The notes: generated by a model from the letters alone, not told the origin. Shown: positions 48,026 through 58,787, numbered from the stretch's first letter. The stretch is DNA of 64,000 nt from Myxococcota bacterium (GCA_036229005.1 JAZAMN010000031.1:96001-160000), one strand, 5' to 3'. A program made the numbers and translations.

Positions 48026-49381
48026 ATGCTCAAGCTCCTCCTCCTCACCCTCTCCCCCGCTCTGCCCCTCTTCACGGCCAAGACCCCGCCCGCAAGCGAG
48101 GACACCACGGCCGCTGAGAAGGGCCCGCCCGCCCTGGTCTACGTGACCACCAAGGACGGCGCGCAGGTCAGCCCGGGCAAGGTGAACATCGTCCTGGAGT
48201 TCGATCGCCCCATGGACGCCCGGAGCATGTCCTGGGTCCCCCTGGACGACGTGGCCTTCCCCCCGCACGAGCAGGCGCCCCACTGGGTGCACGGGCGAGT
48301 GTGCAGCTTCGTGGCCGAACTTGAGCCCGGCGTGGAGTACGGGTTCGGGCTGAACACCGGCGGACAGACAGGCTTTGTGGATCTGGACGGCACCCCCCTG
48401 CCGGCCATCGAGATCCGCTTCACCGCAGCCACCGAGGCCTTGGGCCCCGAGAACCTGGCCGTGCAGGAGGCCGCCGCGGCGGTGCTCATGCAGTACATGC
48501 GGGATGACTACGCCTTTCGCGCGCAGCGGGACGTGGACTGGGCGGCGTGGGAGCAGGAGACCCGACAGGCGCTCGCAGCCACCCGCGACGTGGCCCCCTT
48601 CATCGAGGTCGCCAAGCAGCAGCTCGCCCAGCTCCAGGACCTGCACATCCGCGTGGGCCGGCAGGACAAGCTGCAGCCCACCTACATCCCCAAGGCCTCG
48701 CTCAACCGGCACCCCACGCGGCTGCTGGCCCAGCTCGAGGCCCCGACCACCCACAGCCGGGACGTGATGACCGCGCGCGCAGGGGAACTCGGCTACCTGT
48801 ACGTGGGCGCGCTGTTCAACGGCGACGAGGGCGAGGACGAGAAGGGCAACCCCAAGCCCGATCTGGAGCGGGAGGCGCTGGAGGCGGCCCTCAAGGCGCT
48901 CAAGGGCAGCGCGGGCGTCGTGGTGGACCTGCGCGCGGCGATGGGGGGGGACATGGCCCTGGCCGAGCTGATCGGCAGCCACTTCGTCTCCGAGCCCGTG
49001 ACCTGGGGGATGCTCCTGCCCACCGGGGGCGAGGCCAGCCCGTTGGTGCTCGAGCCCGCACGGCCCACCATCGACGGTCCCGTGGCCGTCCTCCAGTCGG
49101 GCCGGAACATGGACGAGAGCGAGCGCCTGCTGATGATGTTGAGGCAGGCCCCCGTGACCCGCAGCTTTGGCGAGACCAGCTTCGGCAGCATCGCCGAGCC
49201 GGAGCTGCTGGACCTGAGCAACAACGTGCACGTGGCGCTGCCCACCCGGGCGACCCTGACCCCCGAGATGGGCGTGGTCGAGGGCGTGGGCCTGGTCCCC
49301 GACGAGCCCGTGGCCTGGACCCAGAGCGGCCCGGACCCTGTGCTGGCGGCGGCGCTGGAGTGGCTCAAGAGCCAGGGCTGA
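48026..49381 (+). CDS. Ig-like domain plus S41 peptidase-like domain with degenerate active site
   Basis: V-P-I-FDRPM; L-DLH, GYL, VVDLR-GG, GPVAVLQS, GETS-G, EGVG-PD. Confidence 0.7.
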   Translation: MLKLLLLTLSPALPLFTAKTPPASEDTTAAEKGPPALVYVTTKDGAQVSPGKVNIVLEFDRPMDARSMSWVPLDDVAFPPHEQAPHWVHGRVCSFVAELEPGVEYGFGLNTGGQTGFVDLDGTPLPAIEIRFTAATEALGPENLAVQEAAAAVLMQYMRDDYAFRAQRDVDWAAWEQETRQALAATRDVAPFIEVAKQQLAQLQDLHIRVGRQDKLQPTYIPKASLNRHPTRLLAQLEAPTTHSRDVMTARAGELGYLYVGALFNGDEGEDEKGNPKPDLEREALEAALKALKGSAGVVVDLRAAMGGDMALAELIGSHFVSEPVTWGMLLPTGGEASPLVLEPARPTIDGPVAVLQSGRNMDESERLLMMLRQAPVTRSFGETSFGSIAEPELLDLSNNVHVALPTRATLTPEMGVVEGVGLVPDEPVAWTQSGPDPVLAAALEWLKSQG

Positions 49382-49467
49382 GGGGCGGGATCGGCCTTTG
49401 GCTAGGAAGCCGCGGGGATTCCGGGGAGGCGATTCGCGGGCACCTTGGGGCTCCAACTGGAGACCCC

Positions 49468-50694
49468 ATGCTGCTGCTTCTCGCAATGTTCGCCTGCACC
49501 GACGACCCCACCGGAGACAGCGGACCTCTGTCCACTGACGACACCGCCAGCGAGGACACCGGTCCCCAGGACACCGGTCCCCAGGACACGGGACCCCAGG
49601 ACACGGGTGACGGCCCGGTCGACGCCGACGGGGACGGCTACACCGAGGGCGAGGACTGCGACGACAGCGACCCCGCGGTACACCCCGGCGCGACCGAGGT
49701 CTGCGACGGGCGGGACAACGACTGCGACGCCAGCACCACCGAGAGCGGCGTGTACCTGGAGCTCGCCAGCGGCGGCATCGACTACAGCGCCGAGTTCTCC
49801 GCCGCGAGCCCGGCCAACATCGCGCTCTTGGAGTCGGCCACCCTGCATGTGTGCCCCGGGCGCTGGACGGGCCGCCTGCTCACCGCCAGCGACCTGAGCG
49901 TGGTCGGCCACGGCGGCACCCCCGAGGAGATCGTGCTGGACGCCGTGGCCGCCGGGACCCTCCTGAGCCTGCGGGGCGCGGGGAGCACGGTGCAGCTCAG
50001 CGGGCTGACCCTGGAGAACGGGGCCACCTCTCCCCAGGACAGCCAGGAGTTCGGCGGGGGCGCCTACCGGGGCGCGGGGGGCATCGGCTGCCTGTCCAAT
50101 GGGGCGCGGCACAGCCTGACCCTGGACAACGTGCGCCTGGACGACAACCTGGGGGAGGCCGGCGGCGCGATCACCCTGGAGTCCTGCGACCTGAGCGCCA
50201 CCGGCGTGGAGATCAACGGCTCGCAGGCCACCGTGGGCGGCGCCATCTTCGCCTTGGACTCGAACGTGGAGCTGACGGACAGCAGCCTGCAGGAGAACAG
50301 CGCCAACACCACCGGCGGCGCGATCCACATGGAGGCCGGCGGCAGCGCCGACACCCTGATCTTGACGGGGGTGACGATGGCCTTGAACACCGCCGTCGGC
50401 CAGGGCGGCGCCGTGCGCATCGCCGGCGGGGTCAACCTGGACTGCAGCGACAGCAGCTTCACGTACAACCTGAGCAGGACCAGCCTGGCGTCCACGGTCA
50501 TCAGCAACCAAGGCGGAGGCATCCTCTCGGCCGGCTGCAGCCTGGGACAGGCCGGGGCGCTGGGGGACAACGGCGTGGTGGAGGTCCACCTGGAGGACTC
50601 GGGCAAGCTCTACCAGGGCGGCGACAACGTCGACTTTGCCTGCGACGCGGACGCGTGCACCGGGGACCTGAGCGAGGTGCGGGTCAAGGGCTGA
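49468..50694 (+). CDS. Lipoprotein with Cys/Asp metal-binding motif and beta-helix (paralog 1)
   Basis: FAC lipobox; DTGPQ repeats; DCDDSD-HPGATEVCDGRDNDC; TLHVCPG; GGAI repeats. Confidence 0.75.
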   Translation: MLLLLAMFACTDDPTGDSGPLSTDDTASEDTGPQDTGPQDTGPQDTGDGPVDADGDGYTEGEDCDDSDPAVHPGATEVCDGRDNDCDASTTESGVYLELASGGIDYSAEFSAASPANIALLESATLHVCPGRWTGRLLTASDLSVVGHGGTPEEIVLDAVAAGTLLSLRGAGSTVQLSGLTLENGATSPQDSQEFGGGAYRGAGGIGCLSNGARHSLTLDNVRLDDNLGEAGGAITLESCDLSATGVEINGSQATVGGAIFALDSNVELTDSSLQENSANTTGGAIHMEAGGSADTLILTGVTMALNTAVGQGGAVRIAGGVNLDCSDSSFTYNLSRTSLASTVISNQGGGILSAGCSLGQAGALGDNGVVEVHLEDSGKLYQGGDNVDFACDADACTGDLSEVRVKG

Positions 50695-51151
50695 GCGGGC
50701 GCTCCAGGCGGACCATGCCCTTGTCGGGCACCCGCAGGACGATCTGGAATCCGCGGGCCTCGAAGAGGCGGATCAGAGGGGTGTTGTCCTGGTCGGTGTT
50801 CGTGGCCAGGACGCCGGCCCCCTGTGCGCTCAGCCAGTCCTCGCCGGCGTCGAGCAGTGCAGAGGCTGTGCCGCGCCGACGGGCGAGGGGGTGGACCCAG
50901 GTGGTGGCATAGAGCCCCACCTCCTCCTCCTCCATCCGGAGCTGGGTGTAGCCGAGCAGCTTGTCGCCTTCGAGGGCCAGCAGCACGCGCCCGTGCTCGA
51001 TGTGCCAGCGCACCCGGTCCTGGAGCCAGGCGGGGGTGTACATGTCAGCGCCGCGCTCGCCCAGCACCTCGAGCAGGGTGTCGGCCATGCGCTCGGCGAT
51101 GGTGGGGACATGGGGGGAGCCCGGGTCGACAAGCGACGTGATTTCAAGCAC
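50684..51151 (-). CDS. GNAT acetyltransferase; start uncertain
   Basis: WVHP-RRRG-A-LL, N-LF-GF. Confidence 0.8.
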   Translation of the reverse strand: MLEITSLVDPGSPHVPTIAERMADTLLEVLGERGADMYTPAWLQDRVRWHIEHGRVLLALEGDKLLGYTQLRMEEEEVGLYATTWVHPLARRRGTASALLDAGEDWLSAQGAGVLATNTDQDNTPLIRLFEARGFQIVLRVPDKGMVRLERPLSP

Positions 51152-51231
51152 TTGATTTCCATGTGGGACGGGCGAAGGGTGCGCGGAGGGCGGCCATCGG
51201 GTCAGATGGAGGCATCAACCGAGGTCGACAA

Positions 51232-52473
51232 ATGCTCCTTCTCCTCTCCCTTATCGCGTGCACCAAGGACTCCGGCGACACCGCCGACACCGGCTGCGAG
51301 GCCCCCCTGACCCTGTTCACCGACGCGGACGGCGACGGCTTCGGCGACGACGCGACCCAGGTGGAGGCCTGCGAGGCGGCCGCGGATCAGGTCGAGCAGG
51401 GCGGCGACTGCGATGACGGCGACGGGGCCGTGAACCCCGATGCCACCGAGTTCTGCGACGGGATCGACAACGACTGCGACGGCGCCCCCGAGGCCGGCGC
51501 CGCCTGGGAGGCCGCCGACGGCACCTGGACCGACTGGAGCGACACCCTGGCCGCCGGCACCGAGGCCAGCCCCGCAGCCATCACCTTGAGCGAGGCGGGC
51601 ACCCTGCACGTCTGCCCCGGCACCCACTACGTGAACCTGAGCTCCGGCGTCTCCACCGGCGTGGTCGGCCACGGCGCCAGCGCATCGGACGTCGTCCTCA
51701 ATGGCGGCGGCGTGGGTCGGGTCCTGGACTTGGAGGGCAGTGGCTTGACCCACAGCGTCCAGGGCGTGCAGCTCACCAACGGTACCAACCCAGACGAGTT
51801 TGACGACGAGAAGCCCAGCGCGGGCGGCATCAGCTGCAACGCCGACGACCTGGACACAACCCTGACGCTGGCCCAGGTCGAGCTGACCGACAACCAGGGC
51901 TACCTGGGCGGCAACCTGGCCCTCATGGGCTGCGACACCACGGTCGACGACAGCACTCTGAGCGGTGGTGAGGCCGAGATCGGCGGCGGTGTCGCGCTGC
52001 TCGCCGGAGACCTGACCCTGAACAACAGCAGCATCACCGGCAACAGCGGCGCTGAGGGCGGCGGCGGGATCCTCGCCCTCCCCTACACCTCGGAGGCCCC
52101 CGTCGTGACGCTGAACGACAGCCTGGTGGCGGACAACACCACCGAAGAGGTGGGCGGCGGCGCCATGCTGCTCAGCGCCGAGCTGGTCTGCACCAGCAGC
52201 GATGGGGGAGAGCACGGCCTCCTGCGGAACAGCGCGGGGACCGGCTCCGCCATCTTCGGTGCCGCGGGGTTCGTCGGGAACGAGGACGGGCCGGTCTATG
52301 CCGCTGTGGACAGCCAGGGCTGCGACTTCGGCGTCGACAGCAGCGACAACACCCAGAGCTTCGACATCTGGTTCGAGGGGCTGCAGTACACGGCCGAGGA
52401 CAACGCCGACTTCAGCTGCGCCGAGACCAACTGCTCCGGCGACGTCGAGATCGTCAAGGAGGTCAAGAAGTAG
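51232..52473 (+). CDS. Lipoprotein with Cys/Asp metal-binding motif and beta-helix (paralog 2)
   Basis: IAC lipobox; DADGDGFGD, DCDD-VNP-E-CDGIDNDC, TLHVCPG, GEHG-LRN, CDFG. Confidence 0.75.
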   Translation: MLLLLSLIACTKDSGDTADTGCEAPLTLFTDADGDGFGDDATQVEACEAAADQVEQGGDCDDGDGAVNPDATEFCDGIDNDCDGAPEAGAAWEAADGTWTDWSDTLAAGTEASPAAITLSEAGTLHVCPGTHYVNLSSGVSTGVVGHGASASDVVLNGGGVGRVLDLEGSGLTHSVQGVQLTNGTNPDEFDDEKPSAGGISCNADDLDTTLTLAQVELTDNQGYLGGNLALMGCDTTVDDSTLSGGEAEIGGGVALLAGDLTLNNSSITGNSGAEGGGGILALPYTSEAPVVTLNDSLVADNTTEEVGGGAMLLSAELVCTSSDGGEHGLLRNSAGTGSAIFGAAGFVGNEDGPVYAAVDSQGCDFGVDSSDNTQSFDIWFEGLQYTAEDNADFSCAETNCSGDVEIVKEVKK

Positions 52474-52501
52474 CGGGGGCGCAGAACCCGCATCGCAACG
52501 C

Positions 52502-52527
52502 GCTGGGGAAGCCCCCCTTTCCCCAGC
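52502..52527 (+). terminator. Hairpin after paralog 2, no U-tract
   Basis: GCTGGGGAA-N8-TTCCCCAGC. Confidence 0.35.
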
Positions 52528-52608
52528 ACAACCCCACGGTGAGAGATGGCCGTAGGGTGCGACGTGGGCAGGCGGCGGCAATTGGTGGGGTCAAAGGAGA
52601 CCCCAACC

Positions 52609-53837
<1,229 letters not shown>

Positions 53838-53841
<4 letters not shown>

Positions 53842-53888
53842 GCCCCGAGACCGAGCCCAAGGCTGAGCCCCAAGGCTGAGCCCCAAGG
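53838..53888 (+). repeat. Four tandem ~13-bp repeats (CTGAGCCCCAAGG consensus)
   Basis: Units at 53838, 53851, 53863, 53876; last two identical. Confidence 0.8.
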
Positions 53889-53923
53889 CTCGGTGGAACG
53901 CAGAGGGGGCGCGGTCGAGATAG

Positions 53924-53951
53924 GGAACCGCACTCCCCCTTGGACCGTGTA
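53924..53951 (+). promoter_or_regulatory. Putative ECF promoter upstream of the sigma gene
   Basis: GGAACC-N16-CGTGTA, ending 9 nt before ATG 53961. Confidence 0.7.
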
Positions 53952-53960
53952 CCCCTCTGC

Positions 53961-54482
53961 ATGTCCGCATCCCCCGCCCTACTGCTGGCCCAACAGGGCA
54001 ACCAGGCCGCCCGCGCCCAGCTCCTGCGCGAGCACGGCCCCGCCGTCTGGGGCCTCTGCCGCCGCCTGAGCGCCGAGCCCGAAGACGACTACCAGGCCAT
54101 CTGGCTCCACGCCCTGGCCCAACTGGACCGCTTCGACCCCGCCGGCCGCGCCAGCTTCCGCACCTGGCTGCTCACCCTGGCGCACCGCAAGCTCATCGAC
54201 GCCCACCGCAGCGCCGTCGTCCGCGGCCCCACCCTGGAGCCCGTCGAGCCCGCCCACGCGCCTGACCCCGAGCAGGATCTGGACCGCGCCCGCCAGCGCG
54301 CCCGCCTGGAGGCCGCCATCGCACAGCTCCCACCAGACCAGGCCCGCGTCGTCCTGCTGCACCACCTGCACGGCCAGCCCCTCTCCGCCATCGCCAAGGA
54401 GGAGGAGGTGGCTGTGGGCACCCTCAAGTCCCGACTGCACCGCGCCCGCGCCCGCCTGCTCACCCTCCTGGAGGACGCATGA
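53961..54482 (+). CDS. ECF sigma factor
   Basis: L-RFD-SFRTWL-A-ID-R; LP-Q-V-L-IA-GTLKSRLHRAR. Confidence 0.88.
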   Translation: MSASPALLLAQQGNQAARAQLLREHGPAVWGLCRRLSAEPEDDYQAIWLHALAQLDRFDPAGRASFRTWLLTLAHRKLIDAHRSAVVRGPTLEPVEPAHAPDPEQDLDRARQRARLEAAIAQLPPDQARVVLLHHLHGQPLSAIAKEEEVAVGTLKSRLHRARARLLTLLEDA

Positions 54483-55687
54483 CCCCAAGCGAGGACACCC
54501 TGGCCCAGCTCTCTGCGCTCCTGGACGGCGAGCTGCCCATGGATCAAGCGGAGGCCCTGCGCGCCCGCATCCAGGCGGAGCCCGAGCTCGCGGCTGCCTG
54601 GAACGCGCTGATGGATCTGGACGCCGGCCTGGCCGACCTGGAGCAGGCACCCCCGCCTCTGGAGCTGGACGCCCGGGTGCTGGAGCAGGCCAAGGGCCTG
54701 GAGCCCAAGCCGCTCAAGACCGGTCCCCTGCTGGACGTGCCCGCCGCGAAGGGCGCCCCCAAGTGGGCCTGGGGACTGCTCGCGGCCGGGCTGCTGCTGG
54801 CCGCCACGCCCCTGCTGGCCCTCACCGACTGGGCCCAGCCCGCCCCCCCCACCCTGCACCAGGCCAGCGGCCAGCAGGTGGTCCACGGCCCCGCGCTGGT
54901 GCTGCTCCCGGACGGGCGCGAGCTGGCGGTCTCGGGGCGCGTCTCGATCTCGGTGGAACCGCCGGCCCCCCTGCCCCGTGTAGAGGGTCAGGAGGTCGAG
55001 ATGAACCCGAAGATGTTGCTCGCTGCGGCCGCTGGAGCCGCGATCACCGTCGCTGTGTACGAAGGCAGCGCCACCCTGTCCGGACCCGAGGGCACCCAGG
55101 TGCTGGAGGCTGGAGACAGCAGCCGCGTGGGCCCGGATCGGGCCAGGGTGACCTCGCCTGTGCCACGGGGTGCAGAGCTTGCGGAGGGGACCCCGCAGGC
55201 GGAGCCGGAGGGCGCACCGGAGAGCACCGAGGCGCTCAAGGGTGAGCTGGAGCGTCTGCAGCTCCAGAATGACTTCCTCCAGGGACAGCTCACGGCGATG
55301 GGGGCCACCCCGAACCCCTGGCCCGAGGCGCTGGACGCCGCGTTCACGCCGGAGGCCTTCGAGGACACGGTCAGCGGGGCGCTGGCGGACTTCCCGGACG
55401 TGGAGCTGTTGGACGTGGACTGCAGCGAGTACCCCTGCGTGGCCATCTTCGAGGACCAGGGCGTGGAGAAGGGGCGCGAGAGCATGGAGGCCTTCCGGAC
55501 GGCGACCACCGACGCGCTGGGCGGCGACCTGAACTCCAGCGCGTGGGGCGCGCAGATCGAGACGGACCAGGGCTCCCGCTACGTCGAGGTCTGGGCGCTG
55601 ACGCCGGACACGGACATGAACAGCGGCAACGCGCGGCTGGACCTGCGGGCCAAGGACCTGCTGCAGGAGGAGCTGGACCGGGAGTAG
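54479..55687 (+). CDS. Anti-sigma factor (N-terminal ASD, TM helix, FecR-like periplasmic part)
   Basis: ATGA coupling; LSALLDGEL; TM WAWGLLAAGLLLAA; VAVYEG-VL-AG; DCSEYPC. Confidence 0.75.
   Translation: MTPSEDTLAQLSALLDGELPMDQAEALRARIQAEPELAAAWNALMDLDAGLADLEQAPPPLELDARVLEQAKGLEPKPLKTGPLLDVPAAKGAPKWAWGLLAAGLLLAATPLLALTDWAQPAPPTLHQASGQQVVHGPALVLLPDGRELAVSGRVSISVEPPAPLPRVEGQEVEMNPKMLLAAAAGAAITVAVYEGSATLSGPEGTQVLEAGDSSRVGPDRARVTSPVPRGAELAEGTPQAEPEGAPESTEALKGELERLQLQNDFLQGQLTAMGATPNPWPEALDAAFTPEAFEDTVSGALADFPDVELLDVDCSEYPCVAIFEDQGVEKGRESMEAFRTATTDALGGDLNSSAWGAQIETDQGSRYVEVWALTPDTDMNSGNARLDLRAKDLLQEELDRE
54955..54996 (+). promoter_or_regulatory. Intragenic copy of the ECF promoter plus SD inside the anti-sigma gene
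   Basis: GGAACC-N16-CGTGTA at 54955-54982; AGGAGGT at 54990-54996; in-frame ATG at 55001. Confidence 0.65.
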
Positions 55688-55697
55688 ACTCCCCGCC

Positions 55698-57770
55698 ATG
55701 AGCACCATCTCCCCCCCCGCGGTTCACGTCGCCGTCGCCTCCCTCAACCAGACCGTCGGCGACTGGGCCGGCAACCGGGACCGCATCCTGCGCGTGCTGG
55801 AGAAGGCCCGCGCGCGCGGCGTGCGGCTGATCGGCTTCCCCGAGATGTGCGTGTCGGGCTACTCGCTGGGGGACCGGCTGATGCGGCGCGGCACCCTGGA
55901 CCGGAGCTGGCGCGTGCTGGAGGAGGTCGCCCCCCACACCCGCGGCATGGTGGCCTGCCTGGGCCTGCCCGTGCGGCACCGGGGGGTGGTCTACAACGCG
56001 ACGGCGGTGATCGCGGACACCCGCATCGTGGGCCTGGTCTGCAAGGAGCACCTGGCCACCGGCGACGTCCAGTACGAGAACCGCTGGTACCACCCCTGGC
56101 CCCACGGCCAGGTCGACGAGTTCATCACCCACGACAACCAGCGGATCCCCATCGGGACGCTGTTCTTCCAGGCCCGCGGGCTGGGGCGCTTCGCCCTGGA
56201 GATCTGCGAGGACGGCTGGAAGGGCATCCGCCCGGGCTCCATCTACGCCCTGGCCGGCGCCGAGGTCATCCTGAACCCCTCGGCGAGCTGGTTCGTCATC
56301 GGCAAGCACCGCACCCGGCGCGCCCTGGTCGAGCAGCTCTCCCGCGAGGACCACTGCGCCTACCTCTACACCTCGCTGCTGGGCTGCGACAGCACCCGGC
56401 TGGTGTTCGACGGCAGCGTGTTCATCGGCCTGGACGGGCGCATCGACCAGGAAGGTCGGCGCATGCTGTTCACGGAAGACCACGAGCTCATCGACCAGAT
56501 CGTGGACCTGGACCAGCTCCGGCTGGTGCGCATGGAGGAGGGCTCCTGGCGCGAGCAGGTGCAGAGCTACACCAACGGGAACTACGGCCCCAAGCCGACG
56601 CTGATCGAGATCCCCGGGGACTTCACCTGCGCTGGCCACCCGCCCCCGGTGGGCCCCTACTGGGAGGCGGCGGCGCCCTCGCACATCGACCCCTCGCTGC
56701 AGTGGCTGGAGGACGCCGGCCTGGTCCCCACCATCACGCCGGCCGACCTGCCCCACCTGGAGCTGGAGCTGGCCCTGGCCCTGGGCATGCGCGACTACGT
56801 GGAGAAGTCCCACATCCGCGCACTGGCCCTGGCGCTCTCCGGCGGGCGCGACTCCGCGATGGTGGCCGTGCTGGTGCACCGCATGTTCCGCTACCACAAG
56901 CCCGAGCTCTCGGAGTCGGAGCTGCGGGACTACGTCCGCGCCCGCTTCGTGACCGCGTACCTGGCCACCGAGAACTCCGGGCCGGTCACGGAGAACGCCG
57001 CGCAGGTCCTCGCCGAGGCCACGGGAGCCAAGCACCATGTCTCGCGCATGCAGGACGCGGTCGATGTACACGTCCGGCTGGCGGGAGAGATGATCGGCTC
57101 CCCCCTCTCCTGGGACGACCCCGCGCACGACATCCCCCTGCAGAACGTGCAGGCACGGCTCCGGGGCAGCCTGATCTGGATGCTCGCGAACCTCCACGGC
57201 GCGCTGCTGCTGACCACCTCCAACAAGTCGGAGGCGGCGGTGGGCTACACGACCATGGACGGCGACACCAGCGGCGGCATCTCCCCCATCGCGGACGTGC
57301 CCAAGTCCCTGGTCTCCCTGTGGCTGACCTGGGCGCGGCGCTTTCATGGGCTCACCGCTCTGGACCCTGTGCTGGTCCAGCAACCCACCGCAGAGCTCCG
57401 TCCCCCCGGCGAGGAACAGACGGACGAGGGCGACCTGATGCCCTTCGGCATCCTGGACCGGCTGATGTACCAGTTCGTCCAGGCCGGGCAGGACCCCGTG
57501 GAGATCTTCCAGTCCCTGTGGCCCGCCCTGCAGGTGCACTACGGCCCCGAGCACCCCGAGCGCCTGGCCGCGGACATCCGGCGCTTCGTCACCCTGTTCT
57601 GCCGGGCCCAGTGGAAGCGCGAGCGCTTCGCCATCTCCTTCCGCGTCACCGCCTTTGACCTGGACCCCAAGACCGGCTTCCGCTTCCCGCCGGTCCAGGC
57701 CCCCTTCACCGAAGAGCTCGCCGAGCTGGACGCCCACGTCGCCCGCCTCGCCACCCAGGAGCAGTCATGA
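55698..57770 (+). CDS. nadE: Glutamine-dependent NAD+ synthetase
   Basis: Nitrilase-like triad FPE/K/EICED; SGGRDS; NVQAR-R; NKSE-GY-T-GD; PTAEL-Q-DE; QWKR. Confidence 0.9.
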   Translation: MSTISPPAVHVAVASLNQTVGDWAGNRDRILRVLEKARARGVRLIGFPEMCVSGYSLGDRLMRRGTLDRSWRVLEEVAPHTRGMVACLGLPVRHRGVVYNATAVIADTRIVGLVCKEHLATGDVQYENRWYHPWPHGQVDEFITHDNQRIPIGTLFFQARGLGRFALEICEDGWKGIRPGSIYALAGAEVILNPSASWFVIGKHRTRRALVEQLSREDHCAYLYTSLLGCDSTRLVFDGSVFIGLDGRIDQEGRRMLFTEDHELIDQIVDLDQLRLVRMEEGSWREQVQSYTNGNYGPKPTLIEIPGDFTCAGHPPPVGPYWEAAAPSHIDPSLQWLEDAGLVPTITPADLPHLELELALALGMRDYVEKSHIRALALALSGGRDSAMVAVLVHRMFRYHKPELSESELRDYVRARFVTAYLATENSGPVTENAAQVLAEATGAKHHVSRMQDAVDVHVRLAGEMIGSPLSWDDPAHDIPLQNVQARLRGSLIWMLANLHGALLLTTSNKSEAAVGYTTMDGDTSGGISPIADVPKSLVSLWLTWARRFHGLTALDPVLVQQPTAELRPPGEEQTDEGDLMPFGILDRLMYQFVQAGQDPVEIFQSLWPALQVHYGPEHPERLAADIRRFVTLFCRAQWKRERFAISFRVTAFDLDPKTGFRFPPVQAPFTEELAELDAHVARLATQEQS

Positions 57771-58147
57771 ATCGCCTGAGAGTCGCCCTGCTGCTGGGCG
57801 CCGCCTTCACCGCCGGCCTCCTGGTCCGCGGCCCCGTCGCCGCCCACGCCCAGTCCATGTTCGACGCCCCCAAGCAGGCCGCCGCTGACGGCAAGATCCC
57901 CGACCGTTCCGGCAGCATCGTGCGCTACGAGCTCCCCCCCGGGGCGGCCGGCGCCTCGCGCTTTGCCTGGGTCGATCTGAGCAAGGTCGCCGCCGTCGAG
58001 GGCGGCAGCGGCAGCATGAACACCTGGCGCACCGTGCTCTACCTGCCCGGCGGCCCGCTCGAGGTCACCGCGCGACACCAGGACGTGATGCGGGAGCTGC
58101 TGGCGCTGCAGGAGAGCGAGGAGCCGGCGGTTGAGGCGGCGGAGTAG
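57767..58147 (+). CDS. Small exported hypothetical protein
   Basis: ATGA coupling; signal -AHAQ. Confidence 0.55.
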   Translation: MNRLRVALLLGAAFTAGLLVRGPVAAHAQSMFDAPKQAAADGKIPDRSGSIVRYELPPGAAGASRFAWVDLSKVAAVEGGSGSMNTWRTVLYLPGGPLEVTARHQDVMRELLALQESEEPAVEAAE

Positions 58148-58169
58148 CGGGTTGTCGGGGCGCCGTGCG

Positions 58170-58456
58170 GGCTACGCCACCTGAATGAGCGAAGGGGTGA
58201 GGCTACCCACTCCGAACGAGCGCTTCGCCGAGGCTACGGCAACTCAGTGAGCGCTTTCCCCACCGAATCGCCCCAATCCGGCTCCAAAACACCCGAAAAT
58301 CGCTCAGATCCCGCCCTCAGCGCCCAGATCGGTGGCCAGATCGCTCACCGGTGGGCGGTAGCCTCAGACAAGCGCTCATTGGCGGGCCGTAGCCACAGGC
58401 GGGCGCTCACCCAAGCCCCGTAGCCACGCCATCCCTTGCATTCACCCCCCGTAGCC
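58170..58456. repeat. Intergenic element, copy 2: three direct and three to four inverted 22-bp boxes at 31-bp period
   Basis: Boxes at 58170, 58201, 58232; inverted at 58342, 58373, 58404 (degenerate at 58435). Confidence 0.9.
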
Positions 58457-58529
58457 ACCCAGACTGCGGCCCCAGCCCAGCCCGTGGCCACTCCCGGCCC
58501 CAGAGCCTGGGCGGAAACGGGAGTCAGGG

Positions 58530-58787
58530 ATGCAGAGGACCCTTCTGGTCGGTGTGGGCGTGTTGTTGGGGGCGGTCGGCCTCATGCTCGGAACGGAGCT
58601 GCAGGCCCAGGCCCAGGACGCGGAGGTGCAGGAGCCCGTCAAGCCCAACTGCAAGCGCTGGAAGCTCATCACCGGAGCGGACGCGCAGACCATCGAGGGC
58701 TGGATGGTCGCCCAGCAGGCCAAGGGCCGCACCCAGTTCGTCGTCCCCGTCGCCGACCCCGGCTACTCCATCATGTGCGCCTACTGA
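58530..58787 (+). CDS. Small exported hypothetical protein
   Basis: Hydrophobic N-terminus ending -AQAQ; two Cys. Confidence 0.55.
   Translation: MQRTLLVGVGVLLGAVGLMLGTELQAQAQDAEVQEPVKPNCKRWKLITGADAQTIEGWMVAQQAKGRTQFVVPVADPGYSIMCAY

Noticed and set aside
49552..49608. 15-bp tandem repeat
   Set aside because: Encodes an ordinary DTGPQ lipoprotein linker.
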